DNA of 64,000 nucleotides from positions 48,666 to 112,665 of the forward strand of contig JBAZNT010000002.1 in NCBI GenBank assembly GCA_041649115.1, read 5' to 3'. The position numbers were made by a program, and so were the translations under genes. This document shows positions 34,069 through 43,774 of this stretch, piece by piece. The DNA comes from Candidatus Omnitrophota bacterium. GTDB taxonomy: Bacteria > Omnitrophota > Gorgyraeia > Gygaellales > Profunditerraquicolaceae. The stretch's first letter is position 1, and the number at the start of each line of letters is the position of its first letter. The notes below the pieces were generated by a model, which searched no databases, was not told the origin of the DNA, and was given only the letters and a program-made list of their open reading frames with translations.

Positions 34069-34599
34069 TTATTGACTACCCTTCTTTTGCTTAATCTGGT
34101 CCAGACAACAAACAAATTTCTTTAAGGTAGCGCCCAGGACCATAACGATGTTCGTAATCGGGGACTTCAGCGTCATCACCGCCTGCGCCCTAAGTATTTC
34201 CTTGGAAGGCAATTTTGAAATTGCCTCAATCTCCTTGTTATCGAGGAGCCTCTCGTTAAAGAAGCCTCCTTCGAGTTTAAGCTTCTCGTGATCCTTTGCA
34301 AATCCGCAGAGCGTCTTGCAGACCCCTACGGGTTCGTCCTTGGCAAATACGAAACCGCAAGGCCCCTCGACGGACTTTATGAGGTCCTCTAAGCCGCGTT
34401 CCTTTAAGGCCCTTCTGGCAATGCTGTTCTTGACTACAAATAAGCTGGCATTGATGCCGGTAAGGACCTGGCGCAGGCTTGTCATGTCAGGGCTGGATAA
34501 CCCGGAATACTTAAGGACAAATACGCTGTTGGAATCCTTGAGGTATCCCTTGACGCGGTTCTCTGAAATCTCTTTTACTAATAGACCAAGCTTCTTCAT
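34069..34599 (-). CDS. rplJ: 50S ribosomal protein L10
   Basis: 176 aa. uL10. Confidence 0.9.
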   Translation of the reverse strand: MKKLGLLVKEISENRVKGYLKDSNSVFVLKYSGLSSPDMTSLRQVLTGINASLFVVKNSIARRALKERGLEDLIKSVEGPCGFVFAKDEPVGVCKTLCGFAKDHEKLKLEGGFFNERLLDNKEIEAISKLPSKEILRAQAVMTLKSPITNIVMVLGATLKKFVCCLDQIKQKKGSQ

Positions 34600-34603
34600 A
34601 TTA

Positions 34604-35284
34604 TTAAATGTTCAGTCTCAGACCGGGATTCATGGTCGATGAGATAAAAAGGCTTTTAACGAACTTCCCCTTAATGGAGGCAGGCCTGGCCTCGTTAATT
34701 GCCTCAATCACGCGCGAGGCATTCTCGTAAATTTTGCTATCATCAAAAGATATCCTGCCTACGGCCAGGTGTATGCCCTTTTGTTTGTCAACGCGAAACT
34801 CTACCTTGCCCTTTTTAACATCGCTGATGGCCTTGGCTATGTCGTTAGTTACGGTTCCGGTCTTGGGGCTGGGCATCAGCCCGCGCGGCCCGAGTAGTTT
34901 TCCCAGCTTGCTTAAGTCTTTCATCATCTCCGGGGTGGCGATAACGCAATCGAAATCCAGGAAGCCGCCGCTTACTTTATCAATCAGGTCGTTGGCCCCC
35001 ACCAGGTCGGCGCCAGCCTCCTTAGCGAGATTTTCATGCTCGCCCTTGCAGAAAACGGCAACCCGCACCTTTTTCCCGCTGCCGTGCGGCAGGACTACCG
35101 TGCCTCGCACCAGCTGGTCGCTTTTTTTAGGGTCGATGTTGACGCTAAAATGCAGGTCTACCGAGGCGTCGAATTTCGGCGCTGCCATTTTTTTCAATGC
35201 CGTAATCGCCTCTTTCAATTCGTAAATTTTTTCCTTTTCCAACCCTCCGGCCGACTGTTTATATCTCTTGCTCGCTGGCCTCAT
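34604..35284 (-). CDS. rplA: 50S ribosomal protein L1
   Basis: 226 aa. uL1. Confidence 0.95.
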   Translation of the reverse strand: MRPASKRYKQSAGGLEKEKIYELKEAITALKKMAAPKFDASVDLHFSVNIDPKKSDQLVRGTVVLPHGSGKKVRVAVFCKGEHENLAKEAGADLVGANDLIDKVSGGFLDFDCVIATPEMMKDLSKLGKLLGPRGLMPSPKTGTVTNDIAKAISDVKKGKVEFRVDKQKGIHLAVGRISFDDSKIYENASRVIEAINEARPASIKGKFVKSLFISSTMNPGLRLNI

Positions 35285-35286
35285 GG

Positions 35287-35724
35287 CTATTTCTGACCTT
35301 CCTCTGCTATCTTGATGCCCATGCTTCTGGCAGTTCCCGCAATAATCCTGGCGGCTTCTTCCATATCGGTAGTATTAAGGTCGTTCATTTTCTGCTTGGC
35401 AATCTCCTGCACCTGCTTCGCGGTAATGCTGCCGATTACCTCTTTTCCTGCCGTGCCGGAAGCCTTAGCGAGATTTGCCGCACGCTTGATAAGTATAGAT
35501 GAAGGCGGACTCTTAATAATAAAGGTAAAGGTCCTGTCTTCATATACCGAGATTACCGCCGGCAATATCAGGCCTTCCCGTCCCTTAGTCTGGTCATTAA
35601 ACTGTTTGCAGAACTGCATGATATTGACGCCATGCTGGCCTAATGCCGGACCTACGGGAGGAGCGGGATTTGCCTGTCCTGCAGGGACATGTAGTTTAAT
35701 CTGCGCCACTACCTTTTTCGCCAT
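35287..35724 (-). CDS. rplK: 50S ribosomal protein L11
   Basis: 145 aa. uL11. Confidence 0.95.
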   Translation of the reverse strand: MAKKVVAQIKLHVPAGQANPAPPVGPALGQHGVNIMQFCKQFNDQTKGREGLILPAVISVYEDRTFTFIIKSPPSSILIKRAANLAKASGTAGKEVIGSITAKQVQEIAKQKMNDLNTTDMEEAARIIAGTARSMGIKIAEEGQK

Positions 35725-35727
35725 AGC

Positions 35728-36255
35728 TTATACCTTCTCCACCTGCCAGTACTCCAGCTCCACCGGCGTGGAGCGGCCAAAAATGGAAACGCTGACCTTG
35801 AGCTTTCCCCTTTCCGGGTGCACCTCATCGATAGTGCCGTTAAAATTGACAAACGGCCCTTCGGTAACCCGTACCTGCTCGCCCTTTTCGAATATAACCT
35901 TGGGGCTCGGTTTAGCTACGGTGTCCTGCGTCCTCTTCAATATATTATCTACGTCGTTCTGCGGAAGCGGGGTGGGTTTTCTGCCGGCTCCGATAAAGCC
36001 TGTGACTCCGGGGGTATTCTTGATAAAAAGAAAGGTCTGTTCGCTGAATTCCATTTCCACCATAAGGTAACCCGGGAAAAATTTACGCTGGGAGATCTTC
36101 TTCTTGCCGCCTCGTATTTCAGAGACCTGCTCTTTTGGTATTACCACCTTGCTGATGAGCTCCTGCATCCCCTCCTGGTTGATCCTGCCTTCCAGCAGCA
36201 TCTTCACCTTATCCTCGGAACCAGTCTGGGTATGCACTACGTACCAGTTCTTCAT
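35728..36255 (-). CDS. nusG: transcription termination/antitermination factor NusG
   Basis: ORF track extends to 36378 through secE. Met-42 (MKNWYVVHTQTGSE) is the NusG NGN start and abuts the secE stop. C-terminal KOW domain. Confidence 0.9.
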   Translation of the reverse strand: MKNWYVVHTQTGSEDKVKMLLEGRINQEGMQELISKVVIPKEQVSEIRGGKKKISQRKFFPGYLMVEMEFSEQTFLFIKNTPGVTGFIGAGRKPTPLPQNDVDNILKRTQDTVAKPSPKVIFEKGEQVRVTEGPFVNFNGTIDEVHPERGKLKVSVSIFGRSTPVELEYWQVEKV

Positions 36256-36443
36256 CTGAATATTACCGTAAGCATCTTGGAAAGAAAAAGATCCGCTATC
36301 CCGATAAAAACCGTCAACATTGCCGTTATTATGATTACTACGACTGTCGAGCCGAAAACCTCCTGGCGCGTGGACCATGATACTTTTTTTAACTCCTCTT
36401 TGACCTGAATCAAAAAATTCAGCGGTTTCCTGAAAATATTCAT
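36252..36443 (-). CDS. secE: preprotein translocase subunit SecE (short form)
   Basis: 63 aa. Single TM helix plus the conserved WSTRQEV region. Confidence 0.85.
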   Translation of the reverse strand: MNIFRKPLNFLIQVKEELKKVSWSTRQEVFGSTVVVIIITAMLTVFIGIADLFLSKMLTVIFR

Positions 36444-36480
36444 CTTCCGGTTTTGTCCCCTGCAGGGGCTTCGTAATCTG

Positions 36481-36551
36481 CAGGAGCGGCAGGAGTCGAA
36501 CCTGCAGTTACGGTTTTGGAGACCGTTGGTTTGCCATTAACCGACGCTCCT
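36481..36551 (-). tRNA. tRNA-Trp (anticodon CCA)
   Basis: Hand-folded cloverleaf from the reverse complement AGGAGCGTCGGTTAATGGCAAACCAACGGTCTCCAAAACCGTAACTGCAGGTTCGACTCCTGCCGCTCCTG. Acceptor 7 bp, D 4 bp, anticodon stem ACGGT/ACCGT with loop CTCCAAA, T-loop TTCGACT. Classic position between rpmG and secE. Confidence 0.85.
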
Positions 36552-36573
36552 ATTAAGAATAATCTCTCGCGTT

Positions 36574-36723
36574 CTACTTAAGCTCTTTATGCGCGGTGTG
36601 CTTATGGCAAAACTCGCAATACTTCTTCAGCTGTAGCTTGTCCTGATGTTTCTTCTTGTTTTTGGTGGTAGTATAATTTCTATTCTTGCAAACCGTGCAT
36701 TCTAAAGTAATTATCTCTCGCAT
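36574..36723 (-). CDS. rpmG: 50S ribosomal protein L33 (Zn-ribbon form)
   Basis: 49 aa. [49 protein letters not shown]. The ORF-track N-terminal 25 codons are actually tRNA-Thr sequence. Confidence 0.9.
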   Translation of the reverse strand: MREIITLECTVCKNRNYTTTKNKKKHQDKLQLKKYCEFCHKHTAHKELK

Positions 36724-36740
36724 CTTATTAGTGTCTAGCA

Positions 36741-36813
36741 AGCTGGAGACGGGAATTGAACCCGTGACCCCGTCCTTACCAAGGACGTGCTCTACCAACT
36801 GAGCTACTCCAGC
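36741..36813 (-). tRNA. tRNA-Thr (anticodon GGT)
   Basis: Reverse complement GCTGGAGTAGCTCAGTTGGTAGAGCACGTCCTTGGTAAGGACGGGGTCACGGGTTCAATTCCCGTCTCCAGCT folds as a canonical cloverleaf with anticodon loop TTGGTAA. Confidence 0.85.
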
Positions 36814-36965
36814 GATATATTAATCGCTGGTTATGCTAGTACCCTCAAAAAATTCAAAAAATCCCCATTCCGAGAATTTTCGCAACATCCTCGGTTTTAT
36901 GAGGATTTTTGTCTTCTAACAGGATTGATTCAGAAAGCTAACCTTGACCTGTAGATGAAGCTACA

Positions 36966-36994
36966 AGTATATAGTATGCTTGGTATTTTGTCAA
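36966..36994 (-). promoter_or_regulatory. sigma70-type promoter for the tRNA-Thr/rpmG/secE/nusG/ribosomal super-operon
   Basis: Minus strand reads TTGACA (36994-36989), a 17-nt spacer, then TATACT (36971-36966). An A-tract lies upstream. About 145 nt of leader precede tRNA-Thr. Confidence 0.6.
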
Positions 36995-37001
36995 GTTTTT
37001 T

Positions 37002-37820
37002 TTAAGAATTTAAAAGGCGGGCAAAATCTTCCAGCCCCAGCTGCTCGGGGCGGATGTCGCGGTTAATGCCGTAACGCTCGAAAAAAAGCTCCAGCCGCCC
37101 TTCCTCCACAACGCCCTTGAGGCTGTTCCTTAAGGTCTTCCTTCTTTTGGAAAAGGCGGCGCGGATAAGGCGGAAGAGCTCGCGCTGGTCTGCCTTTACT
37201 GCCGGCTCTCCCCTCGGTTCTAATTTTAAGAAGGAGGAGTCCACTTTCGGCACCGGCCAGAATGATGTTTTTTTAACCGTAAACATCATGCGGGGCAGAC
37301 AATAATATTGTACAAAACAACTTAGAGAACCGTAATCACGGGAGCCCGGCAGGGCAACTACCCTTGCGGCAAATTCCTTCTGCACCGTCATAAATATCGC
37401 ACCGATTCTATCCAGATGCCCCAAGAGGTATTCTATAATCGGCGTACTTAGATAATACGGTATATTGCCGATTACCTTTATCCGGCAGGAACCCGGAATA
37501 TACCTGTCAATATTGAAACGGAGTATATCGCTGTTTATGATTTTTACTTTTTCGTTACTCCTAAACTCGGCCTTAAGCTCATCGGAAAGCGCAGCGTCTA
37601 TTTCCACGGCATAAACCATCTTTACCTTGCCGGCCAACAGACGCGTCAACTCCCCCCTGCCCGCGCCAATCTCCAGGAGCGTATCCTCAGGAGAAAATCC
37701 CGCTGCCTGAATAATCTTCTTCCGTATGTTGCTATCAGAAAGGAAATTCTGCCCCAGGTGCTTTTTAGGTCTAACGCTATTTTTTAGCATTGCCATCTGT
37801 GCCGGCTGGCGCAGGAACAT
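37002..37820 (-). CDS. rsmA: 16S rRNA (adenine1518/1519-N6)-dimethyltransferase RsmA/KsgA
   Basis: 272 aa. HLGQNFL and SAM-binding motifs. True start probably Met-9 or Met-11 (otherwise a 37-nt overlap with pdxA). Confidence 0.9.
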   Translation of the reverse strand: MFLRQPAQMAMLKNSVRPKKHLGQNFLSDSNIRKKIIQAAGFSPEDTLLEIGAGRGELTRLLAGKVKMVYAVEIDAALSDELKAEFRSNEKVKIINSDILRFNIDRYIPGSCRIKVIGNIPYYLSTPIIEYLLGHLDRIGAIFMTVQKEFAARVVALPGSRDYGSLSCFVQYYCLPRMMFTVKKTSFWPVPKVDSSFLKLEPRGEPAVKADQRELFRLIRAAFSKRRKTLRNSLKGVVEEGRLELFFERYGINRDIRPEQLGLEDFARLLNS

Positions 37821-38749
37821 TCTATTGCCAGGCGCACGGCGCTAATCATGGAATCCGGCCGGGCAATATTCCTGCCGGCTATGTCAAAGGCAGTGCCATG
37901 CAAAGGAGAGGTGCGTAGGAATGGCAATCCAAGCGTCATATTGACGCCGCTTAAGGGGTCTGATAACTTAAGCGGTATGAGCGCTTGGTCATGGTAGATC
38001 GCGATTACGGCATCGCAGTCTCCGGCGTAAGCTCCGGCAACTGCAACATCCGCAGGCAGGGGGCCTTTAAGAAATTTTATCCTGCTTTTTAATCTCCGCA
38101 ACGCCGGTTTGATTATAAGATTTTCCTCCTTGCCTATCGCGCCGTTATCCGAGGCGTGAGGATTAAGCCCGCAGACACTGATGCGGGGTTCCTCCAGGCA
38201 AAAAAAATTCTTTAAGGCCCTGTATGTAGAAACAGTGACCTTTGTCAATTCCTCCCGGGTTAACCTGCCGGAGATATCCTTCAAAGGTACATGCCTTGTA
38301 AGAAGGCTAAACTTTAAATAGCGGTTCAAAAGCATCATTACCGCGCCCGGGCTCTTCGTGCGGTCGGCAAGATATTCGGTGTGCCCGCTAAACTTGAATC
38401 CTGCCGCCTTAATCGCCTCCTTGCAGATAGGCGCCGTTACCAGACATTCCGATTCCCCGGAGCTTAGCAACTGAAGGGACTTATCCAGATAGGCGATGCT
38501 CGCCTTGCCGTATTCTGCCCTCGCCTTCCCGAAAGAGAACCTTGCTGCAGGCACATTTTTGAGGTCCAGGAATCTTACGCCTTTTATTTTATCCGGGAGC
38601 CTGCCGAGAGAGGAAAAAACCCTTCCGTCGCCGATAACGGTTATTGCCGCCGCATCCGCCAACTGCGGGAGGGCCTTCAGGATGACCTCCGGCCCTATAC
38701 CTGAAGGGTCACCCATCGTTATCGCAACCTTCAAACGCGGCTTTGCCAT
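37784..38749 (-). CDS. pdxA: 4-hydroxythreonine-4-phosphate dehydrogenase PdxA
   Basis: 321 aa. MGDPSGIGPEV N-terminus and HTEYL motif. Confidence 0.85.
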   Translation of the reverse strand: MAKPRLKVAITMGDPSGIGPEVILKALPQLADAAAITVIGDGRVFSSLGRLPDKIKGVRFLDLKNVPAARFSFGKARAEYGKASIAYLDKSLQLLSSGESECLVTAPICKEAIKAAGFKFSGHTEYLADRTKSPGAVMMLLNRYLKFSLLTRHVPLKDISGRLTREELTKVTVSTYRALKNFFCLEEPRISVCGLNPHASDNGAIGKEENLIIKPALRRLKSRIKFLKGPLPADVAVAGAYAGDCDAVIAIYHDQALIPLKLSDPLSGVNMTLGLPFLRTSPLHGTAFDIAGRNIARPDSMISAVRLAIECSCASRHRWQC

Positions 38750-38755
38750 TAACTA

Positions 38756-39676
38756 TTATTCCTTAAAAATCTTGATATAGGCCCGGCCTTTGAGTTCGTC
38801 GATCCAAACCGCCAGTTTCTCCTGCATCCTCTTTTCCAGGAGCATATTGTAAATCCTCTCCTGGGATTCGGCTAATGTTTCATTTCTCGGAGCAACTATC
38901 TTGTTAAGTTTAAAAATATAATATTTATCGTCAATCTTAACAGGGGTAGAAACCTCGCCCTCCTTAAGATTAAAAACAACCTTCTCTACCTCTTTTTTTA
39001 GCTGCCCTTCCACGGAGGCATCAAGATTACTAAAAGAAACTCCGTAGCGCTCGGCTATCTCACCGGGGTCTTCGTTGCGGCGCCAATCGGAAAATACCTT
39101 GCTGGCAAGACGCGGGGTATCCATGATTACCGCCGTAAATTCCCGGCGTTCCGGAGTCGTGATATTCTCTTTGTTCTCCTCGTAAAATGCCGTTACCTCG
39201 GTTGGCTTGATGATAATCGTCCTTCTGATATTAAAGTCAATGATGTTATACATAAGAAGCTGCTCGCGGATCTTGGTCTCCAGGTCAGCCTGGGATAATC
39301 CCTGCTGTTTAAGCGCGGCCTGAAATATGCTGTCTGAAGGATACGCGCTTCTTATCTCATTAATCCTTTCGGCTATCTTGTCCTCGTTTATTTTGACCCC
39401 GCTTTTCTTAGCCTCCTGCAGTATCAGGCGGTCCTCAATAAGCCTCTCTATAAGCTGGGGCTTAAGAGAAGCTATCTTCTTCTCTAACGACTCTCCTTTA
39501 TAGGCCGAAGACATCTGCATCCGCGTAAAATTCACGAATCCGTCCAGGTCCTTCTGGGTGATTACGTCCTTATTTACGACTGCGATAATCTTGTCCTCTC
39601 GGCCATAGGAGGCGGCCAGAGGCGCACACAAAAGCAAGCACAGAAATAAAATCCAAAAGGACCTATTTTTTTTCAT
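38756..39676 (-). CDS. SurA-like periplasmic chaperone (SurA N-terminal domain protein), secreted
   Basis: 306 aa with a signal peptide and SurA_N-like helical domain. Conserved surA-pdxA-rsmA gene order as in E. coli. Confidence 0.6.
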   Translation of the reverse strand: MKKNRSFWILFLCLLLCAPLAASYGREDKIIAVVNKDVITQKDLDGFVNFTRMQMSSAYKGESLEKKIASLKPQLIERLIEDRLILQEAKKSGVKINEDKIAERINEIRSAYPSDSIFQAALKQQGLSQADLETKIREQLLMYNIIDFNIRRTIIIKPTEVTAFYEENKENITTPERREFTAVIMDTPRLASKVFSDWRRNEDPGEIAERYGVSFSNLDASVEGQLKKEVEKVVFNLKEGEVSTPVKIDDKYYIFKLNKIVAPRNETLAESQERIYNMLLEKRMQEKLAVWIDELKGRAYIKIFKE

Positions 39677-41564
39677 CTTCCAACACCTTTCTGAAATTTG
39701 TAATGGATTCCCTCAGGAGCCTACAGTAAAGGTCAAAACCCAAAGCGCTAATGAATCCGTGCTGCTGGACCCCCAGGAGATCGCCCGCCCCGCGGATTTC
39801 CAGGTCCTCCATTGCGATTTTAAATCCGGCGCCAAGCGTAGAATGTTCCTCTATGGCATCCAGCCTCTTATAGGCATCATTATTAAGCACCTCTCGCGGG
39901 GGGACCAGGAAATAGGCATAGGCCGTCCGGTCAAACCTCCCCACCCTGCCCCTTAACTGATGCAGGTCCGAGAGACCGAAGGTATGGGCATTATTAACAA
40001 TGATGGTATTTACGTTAGGTATATCTATGCCTGATTCAATAATCATGGTAGAAACCAGAACGTCTATCTCGCCTTTTAAGAAATCCGACATCACCTTCTC
40101 AAGCACCCGCGGAGGCGTCTGTCCATGAGCGACGCCAAACCTGACATTGCAGGCAAGCCCGCTCATAACGCTCTCCCTGAGCTTCTCGATATCCTGGATA
40201 CGATTATGAACCAGGTAAACCTGCCCCTTGCGTCTTGTCTCCCTAAGAATTGCCTGTCGGATTAAATCCAGGTCATATTCTACCACAACGGTCTTAATCG
40301 GCAACCTATTTTGGGGAGGGGTATTGATTACGGAAAAATCCTTTGCGCCCATCAGGCTCATATAAAGGGTGCGCGGGATAGGGGTAGCGGTCAGCGTCAG
40401 GACATCGCAGGCAAGCCTCATCTTCTTTAATTGCTCCTTTGCCCTGACCCCAAAACGCTGCTCTTCGTCAATAATCAATAGCCCCAAGTCCTTAAATACA
40501 ATGTCCCCGGAGAGCAGGCGGTGGGTCCCGATTACGATATCTACCGTGCCGTCAGCAATGCCATTGACGATATTGTCCTGCTCGCAAGGGGTCTTAAAAC
40601 GCGAAAGGACCTGGGTATTAATAGGGAATTTTTCCAGCCGCCGGCTGAAATTCTGATAATGCTGCTCTGCCAGGATGGTAGTCGGCACAAGAAATGCCAC
40701 CTGCTTGTTATCCATGGCAGCCTTGAATGCCGCCCGCATCGCTACTTCTGTCTTGCCGTAACCGACATCGCCGCAAAGCAGGCGGTCCATAGGCTTAGGC
40801 AGCTCCATATCGCGCTTTACATCTAAGGTGGCCTTGGACTGGTCCGGCGTTTCTTTGTACGGAAAGGTAGCCTCAAAGATCCCCTGCCACTCCTTATCCC
40901 TGGAATAGGCAAACCCCTTGATGCTCATCCTCATGGCTTCCAGAGAAAGCAGCTCCCATGCCAGTTTCTGGATGCCTCTTTTTGACCTTTCCTTGGTACG
41001 CTGCCACTCCCTGCTGCCCAGCCGGTAAAGTTTAGGCCTCCTCGTCTGGAAGGCGACGTATTTCTGGAGAAGGTGCATCTGTTTAACCGGCACATACAAC
41101 TTTTCCTGGCGGTCATATTCTATCACCAGGTGGTCAAGGTATTTATCCTTGAGTTTTAACTTTTCCAGCCCCCTGAACCTGCCGATGCCGTGCTCGGTAT
41201 GAACCACGTAATCTCCGACATCCAGATCGAGGAAATTTTCCAGGGGCAGCTCTTCGCTGAAAGAAACGGTCCGGGATGGACGGTAGTTCTTTACCGGCAG
41301 GATAATCACCATCTTATGCCCCCATAAAGGGGCGCCGCTGGCAGGGTCAAAACTATTTACGGATTTAACGGTATTTATGTCGAGTTCTATGCGGATGGGA
41401 AGCTCAAAGGTAAAAGGAAAGATGTCTATCAGGTTTCCGCGCCTGGCAAAATCCCCTTCCTCCAAAACGTTATCCTGGCGCTTATAGCCGAAGCCGGTTA
41501 ATTGCGCATGCAGGCTATCCAGCGCAATAACCTGGCCGATATAAACCTCAAGGGATTTAAACAT
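39663..41564 (-). CDS. mfd: transcription-repair coupling factor Mfd, short form lacking N-terminal UvrB-homology module and D7
   Basis: 633 aa. Begins inside the D1b-equivalent region (GDFARRGNLIDIFP). RNAP-interacting domain (GDYVVHTEHGIGRFRGL). SF2 motifs LLCGDVGYGKTEVA and IIDEEQRFG. TRG/hook region ends at ...LEIRGAGDLLGVQQHGFISALGFDLYCRLL, then stop. Flanked tightly by secDF upstream and the surA-like gene downstream. Confidence 0.8.
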   Translation of the reverse strand: MFKSLEVYIGQVIALDSLHAQLTGFGYKRQDNVLEEGDFARRGNLIDIFPFTFELPIRIELDINTVKSVNSFDPASGAPLWGHKMVIILPVKNYRPSRTVSFSEELPLENFLDLDVGDYVVHTEHGIGRFRGLEKLKLKDKYLDHLVIEYDRQEKLYVPVKQMHLLQKYVAFQTRRPKLYRLGSREWQRTKERSKRGIQKLAWELLSLEAMRMSIKGFAYSRDKEWQGIFEATFPYKETPDQSKATLDVKRDMELPKPMDRLLCGDVGYGKTEVAMRAAFKAAMDNKQVAFLVPTTILAEQHYQNFSRRLEKFPINTQVLSRFKTPCEQDNIVNGIADGTVDIVIGTHRLLSGDIVFKDLGLLIIDEEQRFGVRAKEQLKKMRLACDVLTLTATPIPRTLYMSLMGAKDFSVINTPPQNRLPIKTVVVEYDLDLIRQAILRETRRKGQVYLVHNRIQDIEKLRESVMSGLACNVRFGVAHGQTPPRVLEKVMSDFLKGEIDVLVSTMIIESGIDIPNVNTIIVNNAHTFGLSDLHQLRGRVGRFDRTAYAYFLVPPREVLNNDAYKRLDAIEEHSTLGAGFKIAMEDLEIRGAGDLLGVQQHGFISALGFDLYCRLLRESITNFRKVLEDEKK

Positions 41565-41571
41565 GCCTGTT

Positions 41572-43773
41572 TTAGCTACGGGCTTTTTTATGGCGTTCCC
41601 AGGCGAGCACTAAAGGCGAGGCAATATAAACCGTAGAGTAAACGCCGGAGATAAACCCTACCAGGAGCGCAAAGGCGAAATTACTCAATACCTCGCCTCC
41701 GTAAAAGAGAATGGCGATTACCACCAGAAGCGTCACTGTGGATGTCAGGATAGTGCGGCCGAGGGTCTGATTAACGCTCAGGTTTATCAATTCCGCCAGG
41801 CTCATCCGGCGTTGCAATCTGCTGTTTTCTCTCACACGGTCGTATATCACGATGGTGTCGTTAATGGAGTAACCGGCGATGGTCAGGAAAGCCGTTACGC
41901 TCAGAAGGTCAATCGGCCTGCCGGTTATCGCCAGCGCCCCCAGCGTTACTAATACGTCGTGCAGAAGGGCAATGACGCCGGCAACCGCAAAGTTAAAGTG
42001 CTTGAACCTGATGCTGACGTAAACGAGGATGCCGATAAGCGACCAGAGAATCGCTCCGCTTGCCTTGGACCTGAGTTTATTGCCGGCAACCGGGCCGACC
42101 TTCTCAACCCGCAAGACTTGAATATCATCCCCGGGAAATTTCTCTTTTAACTTATCCGTGATAATATCACCCTGGGTTACGCCGGTCTTGATAAGCACTA
42201 TGCGCGGGTTTTCCTTAAACTGCTGGATAGTGGCATCTGCAAGGTTAATATCCTTCATCGCTTCGCGTACCGCGTCTACCGAAGGGGCATTCTTAAAACT
42301 GTATTCCTGCAGCTGGCCTCCGGAGAAATCAATGCCGTAAGCGTCTTTACCCTTCTCAAAAAATACGACAAGCCCAACGGTCACGATAATAATGGAGATG
42401 GCGTAGCATATCTTTCTTTTTCCGATGAAATCCAGGTGCGTCTCTTTAAAAAGCCTCAGCATCGGCAGGGATTTCAGCACCCCGAATTCCAGGAGCAACT
42501 CGAATATTACGCGGGTAACGATGATTGCGGTAAACATGCTGGCGATTAAACCGATGGTCAGGGTAACGGCGAACCCCTTGATGGGGCCGGTGCCGAAACA
42601 GAACAGAAGGAACGCCGCAATGAGGGTCGTGATGTTTGAATCAAAGATGGCGCTGAAAGCACGGTTGTAACCGTTGGCGATTGCCTGGCGCATGGTCTTA
42701 CCGGTTCCTAACTCCTCGCGGATCCTTTCGTTGATAAGGACGTTGGCGTCAACCGCCATGCCTAATGACAGCGCGATACCTGCGATGCCCGGCAATGTGA
42801 GGGTTGCGGATACGCCGAAGAGATGCGGCAGCATGCCTAAACCGCCCAGTATCATCACCAGGTTAAGCACCAGGGCGACATCCGCGATTAATCCGGCCAG
42901 CAGATAATAACCTGCCATAAATACCAAGACCAGCAGGCCTCCTATGACAGTGGATAGGATTCCTTTATTGATGGAATCCTGCCCCAGGGAAGGGCCTACC
43001 GTCCTCTCTTCTTCCAATACTACCGGAGCCGGCAGCGCCCCGCGCCGCAATATCAACGATAAGGACTGCGCCTGCTCCTGGGTAAACCTGCCGGTAATAT
43101 TGGCTTTTCCGGAAGGTATCTCTTCGCGTATCATCGGAGCGGACTGCACCTTACCGTCCAGTAATATTGCCAGGCGTTTTCCTGTATTATTTCGGGTGAT
43201 CTCGGCAAACTTCCTTGCGCCTTCTGCATTGAACTCCAGGTCCACCCGCGGCTGGCTGTACTCTCCAAAATCTATCGCTGCGCTCTTAAGGGACTCTCCG
43301 GTAAGAACGCTCTTTTTCTCCAGCAGCATCGGCTCCTTATTTTCCTCGGAATACTTAAGCTCATAGCCTTCCGTCACGTTTCCGTTTATGGCTTCCTGCA
43401 GCTTCTGGCTGTCATCGGAAACAATCTTAAACTCCAGGTATCCTACGGTGGTAATGACGTCTAATACCCCCTGGCGGTTAGTCACCCCGGGCAACTGCAC
43501 TACCAGCTCATCCACACCCTGCTTCTGGACAATGGGCTCACGCACCCCCAGCCTGTCGATAGCGTCGCGGATGTTCTCTTTGGCGCGCTCCACCGCATCG
43601 GCCTTGGCATCCTCGGACAAACCCTTGGTATCTACCTTAAACAACAGGTGCATGCCTCCCCTGAGGTCCAACCCGAGGTTGATTCTTTTATCCAGCGGAA
43701 ACGCAAAAAACAGGGATATCCCCACTACCGCTGCAACCAGCAATAATCTGTAGAAAAAATTTCTATTCATCAA
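41572..43773 (-). CDS. secDF: protein translocase subunit SecDF (fused)
   Basis: 733 aa. SecD periplasmic domain followed by the SecF half (GIDFSGGQLQEYSF...). 12 TM segments. Confidence 0.9.
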   Translation of the reverse strand: MMNRNFFYRLLLVAAVVGISLFFAFPLDKRINLGLDLRGGMHLLFKVDTKGLSEDAKADAVERAKENIRDAIDRLGVREPIVQKQGVDELVVQLPGVTNRQGVLDVITTVGYLEFKIVSDDSQKLQEAINGNVTEGYELKYSEENKEPMLLEKKSVLTGESLKSAAIDFGEYSQPRVDLEFNAEGARKFAEITRNNTGKRLAILLDGKVQSAPMIREEIPSGKANITGRFTQEQAQSLSLILRRGALPAPVVLEEERTVGPSLGQDSINKGILSTVIGGLLVLVFMAGYYLLAGLIADVALVLNLVMILGGLGMLPHLFGVSATLTLPGIAGIALSLGMAVDANVLINERIREELGTGKTMRQAIANGYNRAFSAIFDSNITTLIAAFLLFCFGTGPIKGFAVTLTIGLIASMFTAIIVTRVIFELLLEFGVLKSLPMLRLFKETHLDFIGKRKICYAISIIIVTVGLVVFFEKGKDAYGIDFSGGQLQEYSFKNAPSVDAVREAMKDINLADATIQQFKENPRIVLIKTGVTQGDIITDKLKEKFPGDDIQVLRVEKVGPVAGNKLRSKASGAILWSLIGILVYVSIRFKHFNFAVAGVIALLHDVLVTLGALAITGRPIDLLSVTAFLTIAGYSINDTIVIYDRVRENSRLQRRMSLAELINLSVNQTLGRTILTSTVTLLVVIAILFYGGEVLSNFAFALLVGFISGVYSTVYIASPLVLAWERHKKARS

Positions 43774-43774
43774 A

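Noticed and set aside
35312-36070. 252-aa plus-strand ORF antisense to rplK/nusG, plus similar long antisense ORFs (27609-28217, 28145-28813, 30638-31183, 31199-31765, 49572-50204, 58357-58884, 58994-59575, 17365-17913)
   Set aside because: All lie opposite highly conserved, confidently identified genes. Their translations are low-complexity Ser/Leu/Pro/Ala-rich with no recognisable motifs. This is the usual codon-bias artefact, so they are not called.
36724-36798. N-terminal 25 codons of the ORF-track L33 call ([25 protein letters not shown])
   Set aside because: This stretch is the tRNA-Thr(GGT) gene read as protein. Real rpmG starts at Met-26 (36723).
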